DNA from: Nemertoderma westbladi
Lineage: Eukaryota; Animalia; Xenacoelomorpha
Direction: 5' to 3'
NCBI GenBank assembly: GCA_032718475.1
Contig: JAUCBJ010002695.1
Location: forward strand, 1-64,000
Length of the DNA stretch: 64,000 bases
Part shown: positions 49,958 through 62,400 of the stretch, piece after piece
Position numbering within the stretch: the first letter of the stretch is position 1
Layout: each line of letters starts with the position of its first letter
The notes under the pieces: model-generated
The model's input: the letters and a program-made list of their open reading frames with translations, nothing else
What the model was told of the DNA's origin: nothing
Database searches by the model: none
Position numbers and translations under genes: made by a program

Positions 49958-52459
49958 AGAGCTAACGGCGAAGGTCAGAAACTTAAAAGGGGATAAGAAC
50001 AAGGGAGCGGCAACGACCAGGAAACAACCAAGAGAGGAGGACGATAGAGGGAAGGAGTTGAGATGGTTCCCAAAGTCAGGTGGAACGAACTAAGACTTGG
50101 CTAATACCAGAACCTAAGTGATACGAACTCCTAAGTGCAAATTTAATTAAAAGTGCAATTAGTATGTACGTATGTAATAATCATCAGCATAGTCGCATAG
50201 CAAATTTATAATCAAAGTAAGTACTATAGTCTTATAACCTTTTCCAATTAGCTACTGGGATTGGGGACCAATTGACTATGACAGGCCAAAGACATTAGAT
50301 GACTTCACACTTCTTGAGTGCGACGGCACAGGAGGGGAGGGTGAGGCCCGTCAGGAGTGAGTAGGTGAGATAAATGTTGAGTACAGGACGCGCGGAGAGA
50401 GTGCGGGTCCAATTCAAGTAATTCAAGTATGGGGGGGGGAGGAGTAAGAGTTAGAGTGGAGTTAGAGTGGAAGAGAAGTTAGAGTGGAGTTAGAGTGGAG
50501 AGAGTGTTGTTGAAACAAAATTCTGTGAGAGAAACCACAATTGGCTCGACACCGAGACGCCAGATGTCTTGGTGCAACATAGGTGAAGTTGCACCAAGAG
50601 AGGGTAGAAATATCATACCCATAGGGAGCGGCCTGGAAAGCCGACTCCAAGAAAATAACTCCACCCCACACACGGTAGTAGACCGGATTCCAGCGGAATT
50701 GAAGCGCACTCGAGGTTGATGCTATCTTCTCACCGGGAAGATAGCATGGGGGGAGTGTTAGCGGATTCAATTCCGCTAACCACCCCATAAAAGCCGGGAA
50801 ACGGCGCCTTTAAGCAATACTGGGAAGCACGAGGTTGATTACCAATCAACCTCGTATCACCCCCAATAAACGGGGACGACAAACCCCAAAGGGCCGTATA
50901 CAATAGGGGTCAGAGGTTAAGCCTCCGGGAAAGGGAAAGTACAGTAGCAAAGGGGGAAACACTACCACAGAGGTGTGAGCCCAGAATTAGGTTGTTGGCC
51001 AATGGGGGGCAAGCATCGACTGAGTAGTAAGGCCACAAAGTAGGTAATCAATATATTTTACCGGTTGGTGTCATATCACAGTTAGTTTACTCAGTCAGTT
51101 AGGGCAGTACGGTAACATTTTATTACCGTAACCGCCGTCACCAACTATTCTATATCACCAGTTGTCTGCCATTTATTCAATATCTATCAACTGTGTTATC
51201 TGTTCTTTAATCATATACTATATTTTATATTCACCAATAATATCGGAATGACAATAAACCCATTTTCACTCACACGGCAGGGACCCGTAAATAAACTAAA
51301 ACCGGTCGGGATCCTGTGACCCCGTCACACAGATATAAGCCTACAACAGCTATGAGTATTTATGTCATTATATCTTCTGTCACCTGAGATAATAAGTAAT
51401 ACAACATTTATAGTATAGAGTCAATAGGAATTGAAATACAGGCAGTGTGGTTGGAGTTATGTCTGTGTTGCTATAGCAATACTACTGGCTGCCTATTACA
51501 GTACAATTCCCCTCTGCCCTGGTAAGGCTACACCAACATCTCCCAGACAGCTAGCAGCTCTACAGTACACTCCCGCAGAGACTATGTTGACCAATAATGG
51601 GAAGTATTATATTTTACTCAATAATTGTGCCGCTTTAATAACGTTTAGATCAATTAAAGATCCATTTATTAAAGCAAATCATTTGAACTAATAATGGAAT
51701 GTATAACTTTTATAGAACTATAATGGAATGTTGTATGGGGATTACAGCTGTATAACTTTTAAGTGTAATTATTTAAATCTTATACTAGAAAATAATTAAT
51801 ATCCTTTAAGGAGGCAGGTTGAAATTTATGTTGTTACCCTAATCAACTTAATTAACTAATTAACTGCTATTATCTTAGCTTCTCGAAGGCCGAAAATTCA
51901 ACTTGGAAAATTTCTAAACTTTGGCCAGACTATATGTGTACCAAGTTTGGTTAAATTTCGTTAACATTTGGCTGAGTTATTAACGTTTAAAATTGGACAC
52001 GACAGAACGACAGAACGACAGAACAACAGATCAACAGAACAACAGACACACCAATTGAGTTAGTGGTACCTGTATGCTAAGCTCGCGTACTTTCGTCGCT
52101 CGCCCCACAGGCCACCAGAAAACGCAGATTTGTACAATTGTGAACACATTTTATCAAATGTGTACCAGTGTAATGTAATGTTGTTGAACGGGACAATTGA
52201 ACATAATTGAAGACGTTCGTGGGGCCATCGCGCAGGACGAGGCTCAGTTATCAGATACAGATTAAAATTAAGCGATTGTATCACAAAATCAGGTTTTGAG
52301 AAATTTACCCACACCACCAATCAATCAAAGAAAGGGGGACAGTACGTGTTCACCCCTTTTAATTCCCCCCCCCCCCCCCCCCCCACCCTTCCCACCCACC
52401 AATACATAACCGCGACATCTACCACCCACGGAATGGTAGCACGAACTTATTTCCAATCG

Positions 52460-53220
52460 CACGTTCAATATGCAAAGCCAGGTGGTTTATAGGAATATAA
52501 TAAACGCAGTACTCGTCTTCATTATAAGCCTCGTTGCGTTCGTCCTGTTTTGTATTTAAATATATTTCTTAAACGCAGGCTGACGATCTTTATAATAATA
52601 ATAACTAGGGATGCGTTCAATATGTGAAGCCAGGAGGTTTATATAATAATAATAGTCAACGCATTACTCGTCTTCATTATAAGTCTCGTTGTGCTCGTCC
52701 TGTTTTGTATTTAAATATATTTCTTAAACGCAGGCTGACAATCTTTATAATAATAATAACTAGGGATGCGTTCAATATGTGAAGCCAGGTGGTTTATATA
52801 ATAATAATAGTCAACGCAGTACTCGTCTTCATTATAAGCCTCGTTGTGCTTGTCCTGTTTTGTATTTAAATATATTTCTTAAACGCAGGCTGACGACCAG
52901 TACTTTATAACTACCGATGCCTTCAATAGGCGAAGCCAGGTATGGTTTATAGGAATATAAAAAACGCACTAGGCAGTACTCGTATGAATTATTATAAACG
53001 TCGTTGTGCTCGTCCTATTTTGTGTTTAAACATATTTCCTAAACGCAGACTGACGGACGATCTCTATAACTACTGATGCCTTCAATAGGCGAAGCCAGGT
53101 ATGGTTAATAGGAATATAGTCTACACAGTACTCGTCTTCATTATATGCCTCGTTGCGGTCGTCGCTCGTCCTGTTTTGCATTAAAATATTTTTCCTAAAC
53201 CAAGACTGACGATCTTTATA
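52460..53220. repeat. Tandem repeat of about 150-155 bp, about 5 copies (2 copies in the paralogous block at 28660-28930)
   Basis: Recurrent TTCAATA..GAAGCCAGG...CAGTACTCGTCTTCATTATA...AAACGCAGGCTGAC. Confidence 0.85.
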
Positions 53221-53700
53221 CAGTTATAACTATGCGAAGTTTTGAAACTGTGCGAGTAACTGCTGATACATCTATGTGGAGATGTGTGATACAACGCCAA
53301 CGCATCGTATGCCGATGGAGTAATATGGGTATTGAAATAATATTAAATCAATGTACATTGTACACTCTTAAAGCTGCAGCGAAAAAATTTAGATAATTTC
53401 CTTGGTTACATATCAAATAATAATATTATTTTTAAGAACATTAATTTTACTACTTTGCAAAAATTCAATTAAAAAATAACCAGACAAATATATTGCGGAA
53501 TAAACTATTTCAGATATAAGCCTACAACAGTAATTATATCTTCTGTCACCTGAGATAGTAAGTAATACAACATTTATAGTATAGAGTCAATAGGAATTGA
53601 AATACAGGCAGTGTATGGTTGGAGTTATGTCTGGGTTGGCATAGCAATAATACTGGCTGCCTATTACAGTACAATTCGCCTCTGGTAAGGCTACACCAAC

Positions 53701-56700
53701 AATTGATTAATGAAAGACTGTGTAGCCATAGGTTGTAACAGTAATCCTGTACTGATAACCTGTGTACTGTACTGACTTTGATTTATCTGTATATGATATA
53801 CCTGACTTTGGATCCGGAGGATGGTTACACCTCAAACAAGCGATTCTTCCGGCGAAGAATCAGATTCTATAGCATTAATATCGGATCGCGATACCGGTAC
53901 GGGTACGGCAGATACAACGGCCTCGGCGACGAACACATCCGATATCGAATTACTGCGCGCAGTGTCGAGAGGCAAGCAGAAAACTAAATCCCCAAAGAAA
54001 CGACCTATAACCAAGGCGATTCGGAATGACACCAAAGCCGCAACTGGCACCGGACGGGGGCCTACACTGGCACTGACGGATAAACGGAAATTATCCCGAG
54101 TTATCAAGAAACCGAATGAATCCCCAACAATCCGCAACAGTTCCCAGAGGCCTACTACTACCGTGACCGGATGCATGCCGTTGGCTTCACCTAAAACTCA
54201 CACTCCGACCTCGGAGCTTGAGCAGTCTGGAGCAACGGCCAACGATACAGGGAACGATTCGAGTAGTATTTGCCCTCACTGTAATAAGAAAGTTGGGTCA
54301 ACAAACCCATTACGCTGTGATATTTGCGTAAAACTGATTCATTGTTCTTGTTTGAATATAACCGAGATTGAAGCTACTCTGATATCAAAGTGCAAAAACT
54401 GCAAAATAATGTGCAACCTGTGCGACTCCGACGGGAAATCGTTCAGTCGTCACTCAACAAGTTTGGCGGAAGAGGTTAAACAGGTGGTTGTTTCACAGAT
54501 GACAGGGTTTAGAGACAGTCTGGATACATTGCGAAAGGAGGTCCGCGAGCTAAAAACTGGTGGACGGGCCGACAATCCCGAGTTCGAGGAGGTCTCGGAC
54601 TTGGACACGGACGAGGAGGATGGAGTCGAGTGGATTATCCCGAAGGATAAACGGCGCTCAAAAACAAAAAGGAAGAAAGCCCCAACACCATTCGCACAAG
54701 TAGTGCAGGATTCGGTACGAGAGGCTTTAGAAATACAGACGAAACATGATCAAGTTAAGAGAGAAGTTATAGTCTCCTGATTGGAGGAATCTAAATCCCC
54801 GAAGGATGAAAGGAAGACTATCTCAGATATCTGTACCGTGGCAGGTGTAAGCCCAAATACAGTTACAGACATAGTTCGCCTTGGTCGACCGGTGGATAAA
54901 AGGAACAGGTTGTTAAAATTGACCTTCACTACGGAACAAGATGCCAGAGACTTTCGGGTAGGTTTCAATGATTCGAAAAGCTCGGAGACTCCATCCATAT
55001 ACGATAAACTTACGGTACGCCCGAGCCGGACAGAGGAAACCGAACGCCATATCCGTTCTCAACGGAAGATAGTGAGTCGAATGAACAAAGAGATAAAAGA
55101 TAGCAATGAGGACAATACTACTTCCAGCTACAGCATCCGCCCCGATGGTACGATATGGAAGTTCGTAAAGCAGGACGATGGTTACTGGAGACGTGATCGC
55201 TCTTGGAAACAGGAGCGGGAAAACGAGTAAGGGGAGAAACGCGCCAGATTTATCAGCGCAAACAGTCGAACGCAACCAAATCCGACTCACGGCGAAATGA
55301 ACAACCCAAATCTGGTAATCGCTACCACAAGCGAAATAATCAATCTGCCCCTAAGGCGCTACTTAACTGCTGCTTGATAAATGCGCGTTCAGTTTGTAAC
55401 AAACTGAGCGATCTAGAATCGCTGCTATGTCCACCAAATTATGATAGTGGATTATGATAGAGGAGTGACAGAATCATGGCTACGTGATTCTGTGACGGAC
55501 CAAATGATAAACGGTGAAAATAAATATGATGTTTTTAGAAATGACAGAATTGGTAAAATTGGTGGCGGGGCAGCGCTGCTAATTCGAAACAGCATTAAAT
55601 GTCGCCAAGTGGAAAGTTTCGATACTGAATGTCTGGCTACAGAGGCCGATGTAGTGGCTGTTGATCTTTTAGGTAAAAACCCGTCTCGTATAATCAGTGT
55701 CTATCGTCCCCGACCTAATTTACCTTCTGATTCTATATTGTGCAATATGTTAGCGAAATTATGCGACATTGAAACGCCGTGTACTATTATTGGCGATTTT
55801 AATTTACCTTTAGTTAAATGGGAAGAATCTAAATTTCCCGACACAGATATATATAAAGTGTTTTCAACGATTGTTTTGGAAGCTGGTTTATCTCAGCTCC
55901 AGTTCAACCCTACACGTGGCAATAACGTTTTAGATTTAGTGTTTACAACAGATCAATTCTATATTTCTAACATTGCAGTTACGGTACCATTCGCAACTAG
56001 CGACCATAGTACAGTTACTTTTAATCTTTTAGGACCTAATCCAGTTTCCACCGAGAACCGGGAATGCCACGGATTTTACGATTTTAAACATGCTGATTAC
56101 GCAGATTTTACTAACTACATCGACAGTTGCGATTGGTCTAATTTATATCTAACGTGTAATACAGTAGATGATTTTTGGAATGCTTTTTCTTGTAAACTAA
56201 AAACGGGTATTGATCAGTTTGTGCCTTTTAAACAATTTAAATCAATCATCAAACCCCACCCCGAACATATTCGTGTTCTACAGCACAAAAAGAAACAGCT
56301 GTGGCGTCGCCGGCACACAACCGGGGGCAAAATAGCATATGATCAATGTGCTAAAGAAGTTTCTAAGGAAATCTTCCGTGTGGCTTGCATAAAGGAGAAT
56401 AAAATTTTATCTTCCGAAAATAAGAGTACCCTTTTCAATTACGTTAATTCCAAGCGTAAAGGAAAGTCGGGAATTGCCCCTCTGAAACATAAGGGGGATA
56501 TAGTGGTCGATGATTTGATAAAAGCCCATATTTTCGCTGAAGTATTAAGCGAAAATTTTAATTTAGATAATGATAATATACCTAGTTTTAAACGTAGGAT
56601 TGATTCTAGAACCAATTTATCAAAAGTTGATTTCTGTCCCGTTACAGTATATGCTATGCTTAGTAAACTTAAAAAAAAGACCAGCCGTACACCTGACGGA

Positions 56701-58467
56701 TTACCGAACATTCTCTTCGCAAATTTGTCTCGCTGCATTGCGGCACCATTATCGGCACTTTTCAAAATTTCTTTTGAATATCACGCTTTACTGACGATAT
56801 GGCTTACAGCCAATGTCATTCCGCTATACAAAAAGGGAAATCCGTCAGACCCGTACAATTACAGGCCAGTCTCATTAACATGTGTAGCGTGCAAATTAAT
56901 GGAATCGTGTATAAAGATTGAAATAGTAAATTATTTGTTTAAACATGGTTTAATATGTAAGGCACAACATGGCTTTTTAAAAAAACGCTCTACTTGTTCT
57001 CAACTTATTGAATGTGTAAAAGATTGGTGTAATTTTCTAGACCGTAAGAAATCCTTTGATGTAATATACATAGACTATGCCAAGGCTTTTGATTCTATTA
57101 TACATTCAAAGCTATTGATTAAATTGTCAAGTTATGGGATTTTGGGCGACCTATTATCTTGGCTATCGGCATTTCTCAGTAACAGAACCCAAAGAATAGT
57201 TGTTGGAGATAAATATTCCGACTACTGTCGGGTCGTATCCGGAACAATACAGGGCAGTGTCCTCGGACCGGTTTTGTTCCTGATATACATAAACGACTTA
57301 CCACCGCTTTTGGACAGGGATAACGTGTCCTGCCGTTTATTTGCCGATGATGTCAAGCTATGGTCCGTCCAATGAAAGTCATAGTCTGAACGCTAGCCTC
57401 TCTAGGTTAGAGACCTGGGCCAACCTCTGGCAGCTAAATATAGCCCCGGATAAATGTATGGTTCTACATATAGGTGCAAATAATAATAATTACAATTATG
57501 TGCTAGGCAATAAAGTGATAAAGAAGGTGACGAAATGTAAAGATTTAGGTATTATTATATCTGCGGATTTGAAGTTTGATAAATACTGTAAACAACAGTG
57601 TACAAAGGCTTTTAACATAACTAATATGATATTTCGTTGCTTTAAGACTAGCAATAAAGGTGCAATATTAACAGCCTATAAATCATACGTTAGACCGATT
57701 CTAGAATACTGTACACCAGTATGGTCGCCTTTTTCATTAGGCAGTATTGATCTTGTGGAGAGTGTCCAGCGATATTTTACACGTAGATTGTATAGCCGTT
57801 GCAATATTAGTGGTACAAACCGTACATACATAGAATACAACACCTTAATTTACAACCGCTGGAAGTCCGACGATATATTTTTGATCTAAAGTTACTTTTC
57901 AGCATAGAGAGAAATTTAGTTGATTTAGATTTTGGTGCGCTATTTAGCTATACTAACCGTCCGGGTCTGCGTGGCCACTCTCACAAGTTAAATGTACCTA
58001 GATGTAGATTAATTATATCTAAAAACTCATTTACCAGCCGTGTTGTGCCAGTCTGGAATGATTTGCCAGAAGATATAGTAGATTCCAGAACACTTGTCAG
58101 TTTTGCGACCAAGCTCAAGAACCACGATTTCCTACCAATTTGCAAATTTAATCGACCACTTATCGGTCGCTCGTAATAAATGTTTCTGGGTTCTACGGTA
58201 TGTACAGTTAATTTTATTCGTATTTCTTTTTAAATATTTTTTTTATTTAAGCTGATGTAAATTTTAATGTTTAGTGATTTTAAATTTTGTTTTTTTTTTA
58301 TTAACCCCCGTAAGCGCTGATACGCCTGGCTGGTTTTTCTCCCTCCACTAATTATGTTTTATCTTACTTCACGTGCAACAAATAGTTATAATATGATGTA
58401 ATAAAGGAGTGTTGACTAATAACTAACAGTGAGTTGTTAGTCTTTCTGAAAAAAAAAAAAAAAAAAA
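53701..58467 (+). mobile_element. Near full-length CR1-type LINE (ORF1 with PHD finger; ORF2 APE-RT), inactivated
   Basis: ORF1 53821-55230 has a PHD and one stop. ORF2 about 55365-58176 has NARS, TESWL, VYRP, GDFN, SDH, NYRPVSL, DYAKAFD, QGSVLGP, FADD and VRPILEY, with frameshifts. Poly(A) at 58449-58467. The empty site is at 51527-51560. Confidence 0.93.
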
Positions 58468-58700
58468 TCTCCGAGCCAGCTAGCAGCTCTACACCCCAAC
58501 AGAGACTATGTTGACCAATAATGGGCAGGATTAAATTTGTACTCAATAATTATGCTGCTTTAATTAGGGGTAGGCTATAAGGCAGAGAAACAAGTGACTG
58601 TCTTCAAATTGAGAAGAGTCGTGGCTCATTTGAACCAGTTCATTGAGCTGGTCATTATGACATATTTCATGCTGAATTGAGGAATTGCTAGCATCTTGAA

Positions 58701-59151
58701 TATATGCTGGGCTCTAACTGCTGAAGACACCAAATCTCTGGATGGCACATTCACAAGAATGCTACGCCGGGTTCATTGTGTCAAGTACAATGCACACATC
58801 TCCAACCAGACACTATATAACATTGGAGGTGTCTCATTGGTTCCCCCAAGCTTGACACTAGAACAAAATCGCCTCCGCTTTGCAGGACATTGCTTTCGCC
58901 GTGAGGACCAGCCAGTGCATAATCTTGTACTTTGGCAGCCTCATGGAGTGAATAAGCATGGTGGACAGCCCATGACTTTCTTGAGACGCATCTTAAAGGA
59001 CACTGGCCTTAAAGATGCAGATGATCTAGCAAATGTCATGGGTGATAGGGAGTTGTGGCGGTGCAATTTTGTTGACAAGCCGGCACAGCATTCTTAAAAA
59101 TGCAGCTGCAATGCAGCATGCCGATCCTAGTTGTAGTAGTAGTAGTACTAG
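58701..59151 (+). mobile_element. RTE LINE 3' fragment
   Basis: Same family as 4290-5793. (GTA)n tail and 12-bp TSD TAGCATCTTGAA at 58689-58700 and 59152-59163. Confidence 0.92.
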
Positions 59152-59499
59152 TAGCATCTTGAAGTTTTCGTTCCACCGATGTTTTTTTCTAAAAATTCTT
59201 ATCTACTGCTATCCAATTGAAATTTCTTTGTACTGTATTTAAAATATATAGATAAATAATGAAGATTATTGTTTGCACCCTATATATCATATCATGGTGC
59301 TGCTCTAATTTATATTAATTCAAATTAATAAAATGACAAAAACAATGCACTGATCACAGGCCAGTTGCTAAGTTCAAATATATTGGAGCGGCCCTTAATA
59401 TTCCAGTTACCGACAACATTACAAGGGAGAATTATTGTACATGTTGAACAGTTTGTATATCCACTTTATTTGGGTGTTTCCATCTGAAAGAGTCTGAAG

Positions 59500-62400
59500 G
59501 TTCTGCAGAACATCTGCATAAGTGTTCCATGTCAATCTTTCAAATTTTCATCTCATTATTTAAACCCAGACAAATTGCAACAAACCAATTGCGTCCAATT
59601 GGCTCATCCCAAATAACAATCTTTATGTTATTTATCTGTACTTCTCCCTGTGGATCAGCATCAGGCACAGGTTGAGGAACTGCTGCATCCGAATGTAAGT
59701 CTGTATCAAGCTGGTTGATGACACTGAACAAGGCTATCAAATCTTCTTCATAGAGAATTGGGTATTATTCATCTTTGGGTTCTACTGGGTCATTTGCGAT
59801 GATTATTGCTAAGTGCGCTTTCATTTCAGTGATGGATATCTGGTTCAACTTGTAGAATCTTGGCCTTCGTTGATAATCATTAGGGGAGGAATGTCTTCGG
59901 TATGAGATCTCAGTCCTCAATACAGTTTTTAATTGTTCATCATTGTTCTTATATTTCAATATACAATTCTCGAGTTCCTCAATATAGGTAAAAGGACCAC
60001 CCCAAGATTTACATCGACGTAACTGGTTGGTAGCATATTCAATAGCAGTTCTCTCTTTATTTTTTGCTTCCAGAAGTTTTTCTTTACGAACATAATCTTG
60101 ATCCTTTATCCAAGCCTTTTCACGATCATCGAGAACCTGTAATTGAACAAAAAATAGAAGAATATTGGAAATGTTTTTAAGGTATAATGTACTTCATGGA
60201 CATAAGATACCGGTGCTGTAGACAAGTTGGATCACACATGCATATATATATATATATGTATTTCCAATGGCTAATGCAAGAAGTAATCTTAATAATAATA
60301 ACACTCACCCTTGTAATATGTTTAGTGGCTCTTTCAACTCCGGTTATTGAAGATGCCTTGAATAAAGTCATTTCATATTTTATTCCCTTTGCAGTGAAGT
60401 GTCGTGAGGAGCAACTAGCAGATCTTTTGCAGAGTCAATCAAACTGAGAAAGGTCCCGCTCTGCCTCTAAGTTGTTTACTGAAAGTCCATCTAACTCTGA
60501 TGGAGATAAATCACTAAGCACTGTTGCTCTCGGCTGTCGATATGGTTCTGAGAAACCATATTCTCTACCACGTTGAGTTTGCAGATCTTTTGCTGCTTGT
60601 TGGCAAAACAGGTTTATAAAGAGTAGAACCAGATCATTAGGCTTCTTGATGATGAATGAATAGTCAACCATATAGTTTATGAGAGTGTCCATAAACGAGT
60701 GTACATTAACAAACGACTAATCAAATCTACTGGAAGCATATTACCACAACTCAACCGCCCACATGAGAACAGGCATAAGGGTGTACACTGAACCTATCAA
60801 ACTCGGCAAAGGAATACGGCAAGGAGGCATACTATCTGCCTGGCTCTTAAATTTCTACTTACAAGACCTCTTCGAGACCCTAGGAGAATCTGGGCTAGGA
60901 CTACATCTCGGCACAGAATCTTACCCGGCCCTTGGTTACGCCGACGACCTATTGTTGCTAGCAAACCTTAAGGATGATCTCCAACAACAAATCGACATAT
61001 GCACCACGTTCTTTGCCAGAAATGGCCTCATTATAAACACTAAAAAATCGCATTACGTAAGATGTACCGGTACACAACCAAAAACAACACCAATTGAAGG
61101 TACGCAACCAAAAACAACACCAATTGAAGGCTACACCATACAAGTAGGATCAGTTTTCCTACGCGAGGAGGCCAGCTGTAAATACCTAGGTTTACCACTT
61201 CCAGGTGCACCGCAAACGATCAGAGACCACATAACCAAGCGCTGCTGGTGGATCGTATCAAGGACGCGATCACGGGGCCTAACAGCCCACGACGTACCTC
61301 TACAAATCACCAAAAATATCTGGAACACAATCTGCCTCCCGTCTATCGCATATGGTATTGCAAATATGGATGATGCCTCTGTGACCCAACTATCAATAGT
61401 AATGCGAAAGGCGATGAGATCGATCATTGGCGTGGGGAACTACGTCTCAAACAACACCCTACATAATCTGTTGCGATGCGACGACCTGGAATCAATCATC
61501 GCACACAGCAGATGTAGACTCCTGTACAGCGCCGTAAACTCAGGAAACATAAAAATTGCACATCTCTACACAACACTGCTTAGCCAACACCTATGCTATA
61601 CCTGCACAGAACCAACTTTTGTCGAATACTCCATTGCGAGTTGGAGGAGTAACCTACCCACCCTACGCAGCATCGTAACAGCCTCCTACAACATAAAACT
61701 GGTGATCAAGGGCTCACGAAAACACTGCAAGCCCATCCTGAGCACCAAGGACTGCTTCAACACGTGGTATCTCGAAAGTAACCTAAATATTCCAAACGCA
61801 AACTACTCCATAAAGAACCAATGCATACGAGACTACTACAAGCTGCCGACACTCGACGCAAACAACCAAACAGGTTTCACACGGACTCACGTTCAACTCC
61901 ACCACATAACAAGCACACAAATCACACGCATTTCCGATCATGACAAATACTATTTGATTTCCTAATTCCCACCTCCCTATAGTCTATAATTATATTCATT
62001 TGTTTTGGTGCATACAAACAACACTTGTGCCTTCAACAACCCTGTGTGTAATAGTTACACCCGTACACCTTATAGACACTACCATCAGACATCGTATACC
62101 CACTAATTATACAGGTAACATGTGACTACAATGTAATGTAACCAATAGCATTGTTAATTTTGATTTTGTCGATTGTGTTCTGTTCCGTTTTTACTTGACC
62201 GACCATTTTATACAATAATAGCCGCCGGGGCCTCAAGCCGGTAGGTAATATAATTAAAAAAATAGTTGCAAGCTTTTAAATCTTTATACAGTTTGGGCAG
62301 GAACTGCACCAAGTCGTTCTGTGTTGACTTTTCAACCATATTCAAAAAGGGCATTGTCACCTTCATTGTGAACAATGCCAAGCTTAGCAATTCTGCTTCA

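Larger units (their letters stand above)
34383..51329 (+). mobile_element. Bel/Pao LTR retrotransposon with an extra 3' ORF and nested insertions
   Basis: LTRs 34383-34948 and 50756-51329 (roughly 3% diverged by eye). TSD CAGAT and PPT GGGGGGAG. The empty site is visible at 53506-53522. Confidence 0.95.

Noticed and set aside
29433-50002. Numerous antisense and overlapping ORFs in the LTR elements
   Set aside because: These are expected shadows of GC-rich coding sequence and have no independent motifs.
51780-52100. Helentron/HINE-like element (also 27390-27600 and MITE-like ends at 1-455 and 17105-17560)
   Set aside because: Microsatellite and terminal motifs are suggestive, but boundaries and TSDs could not be established.
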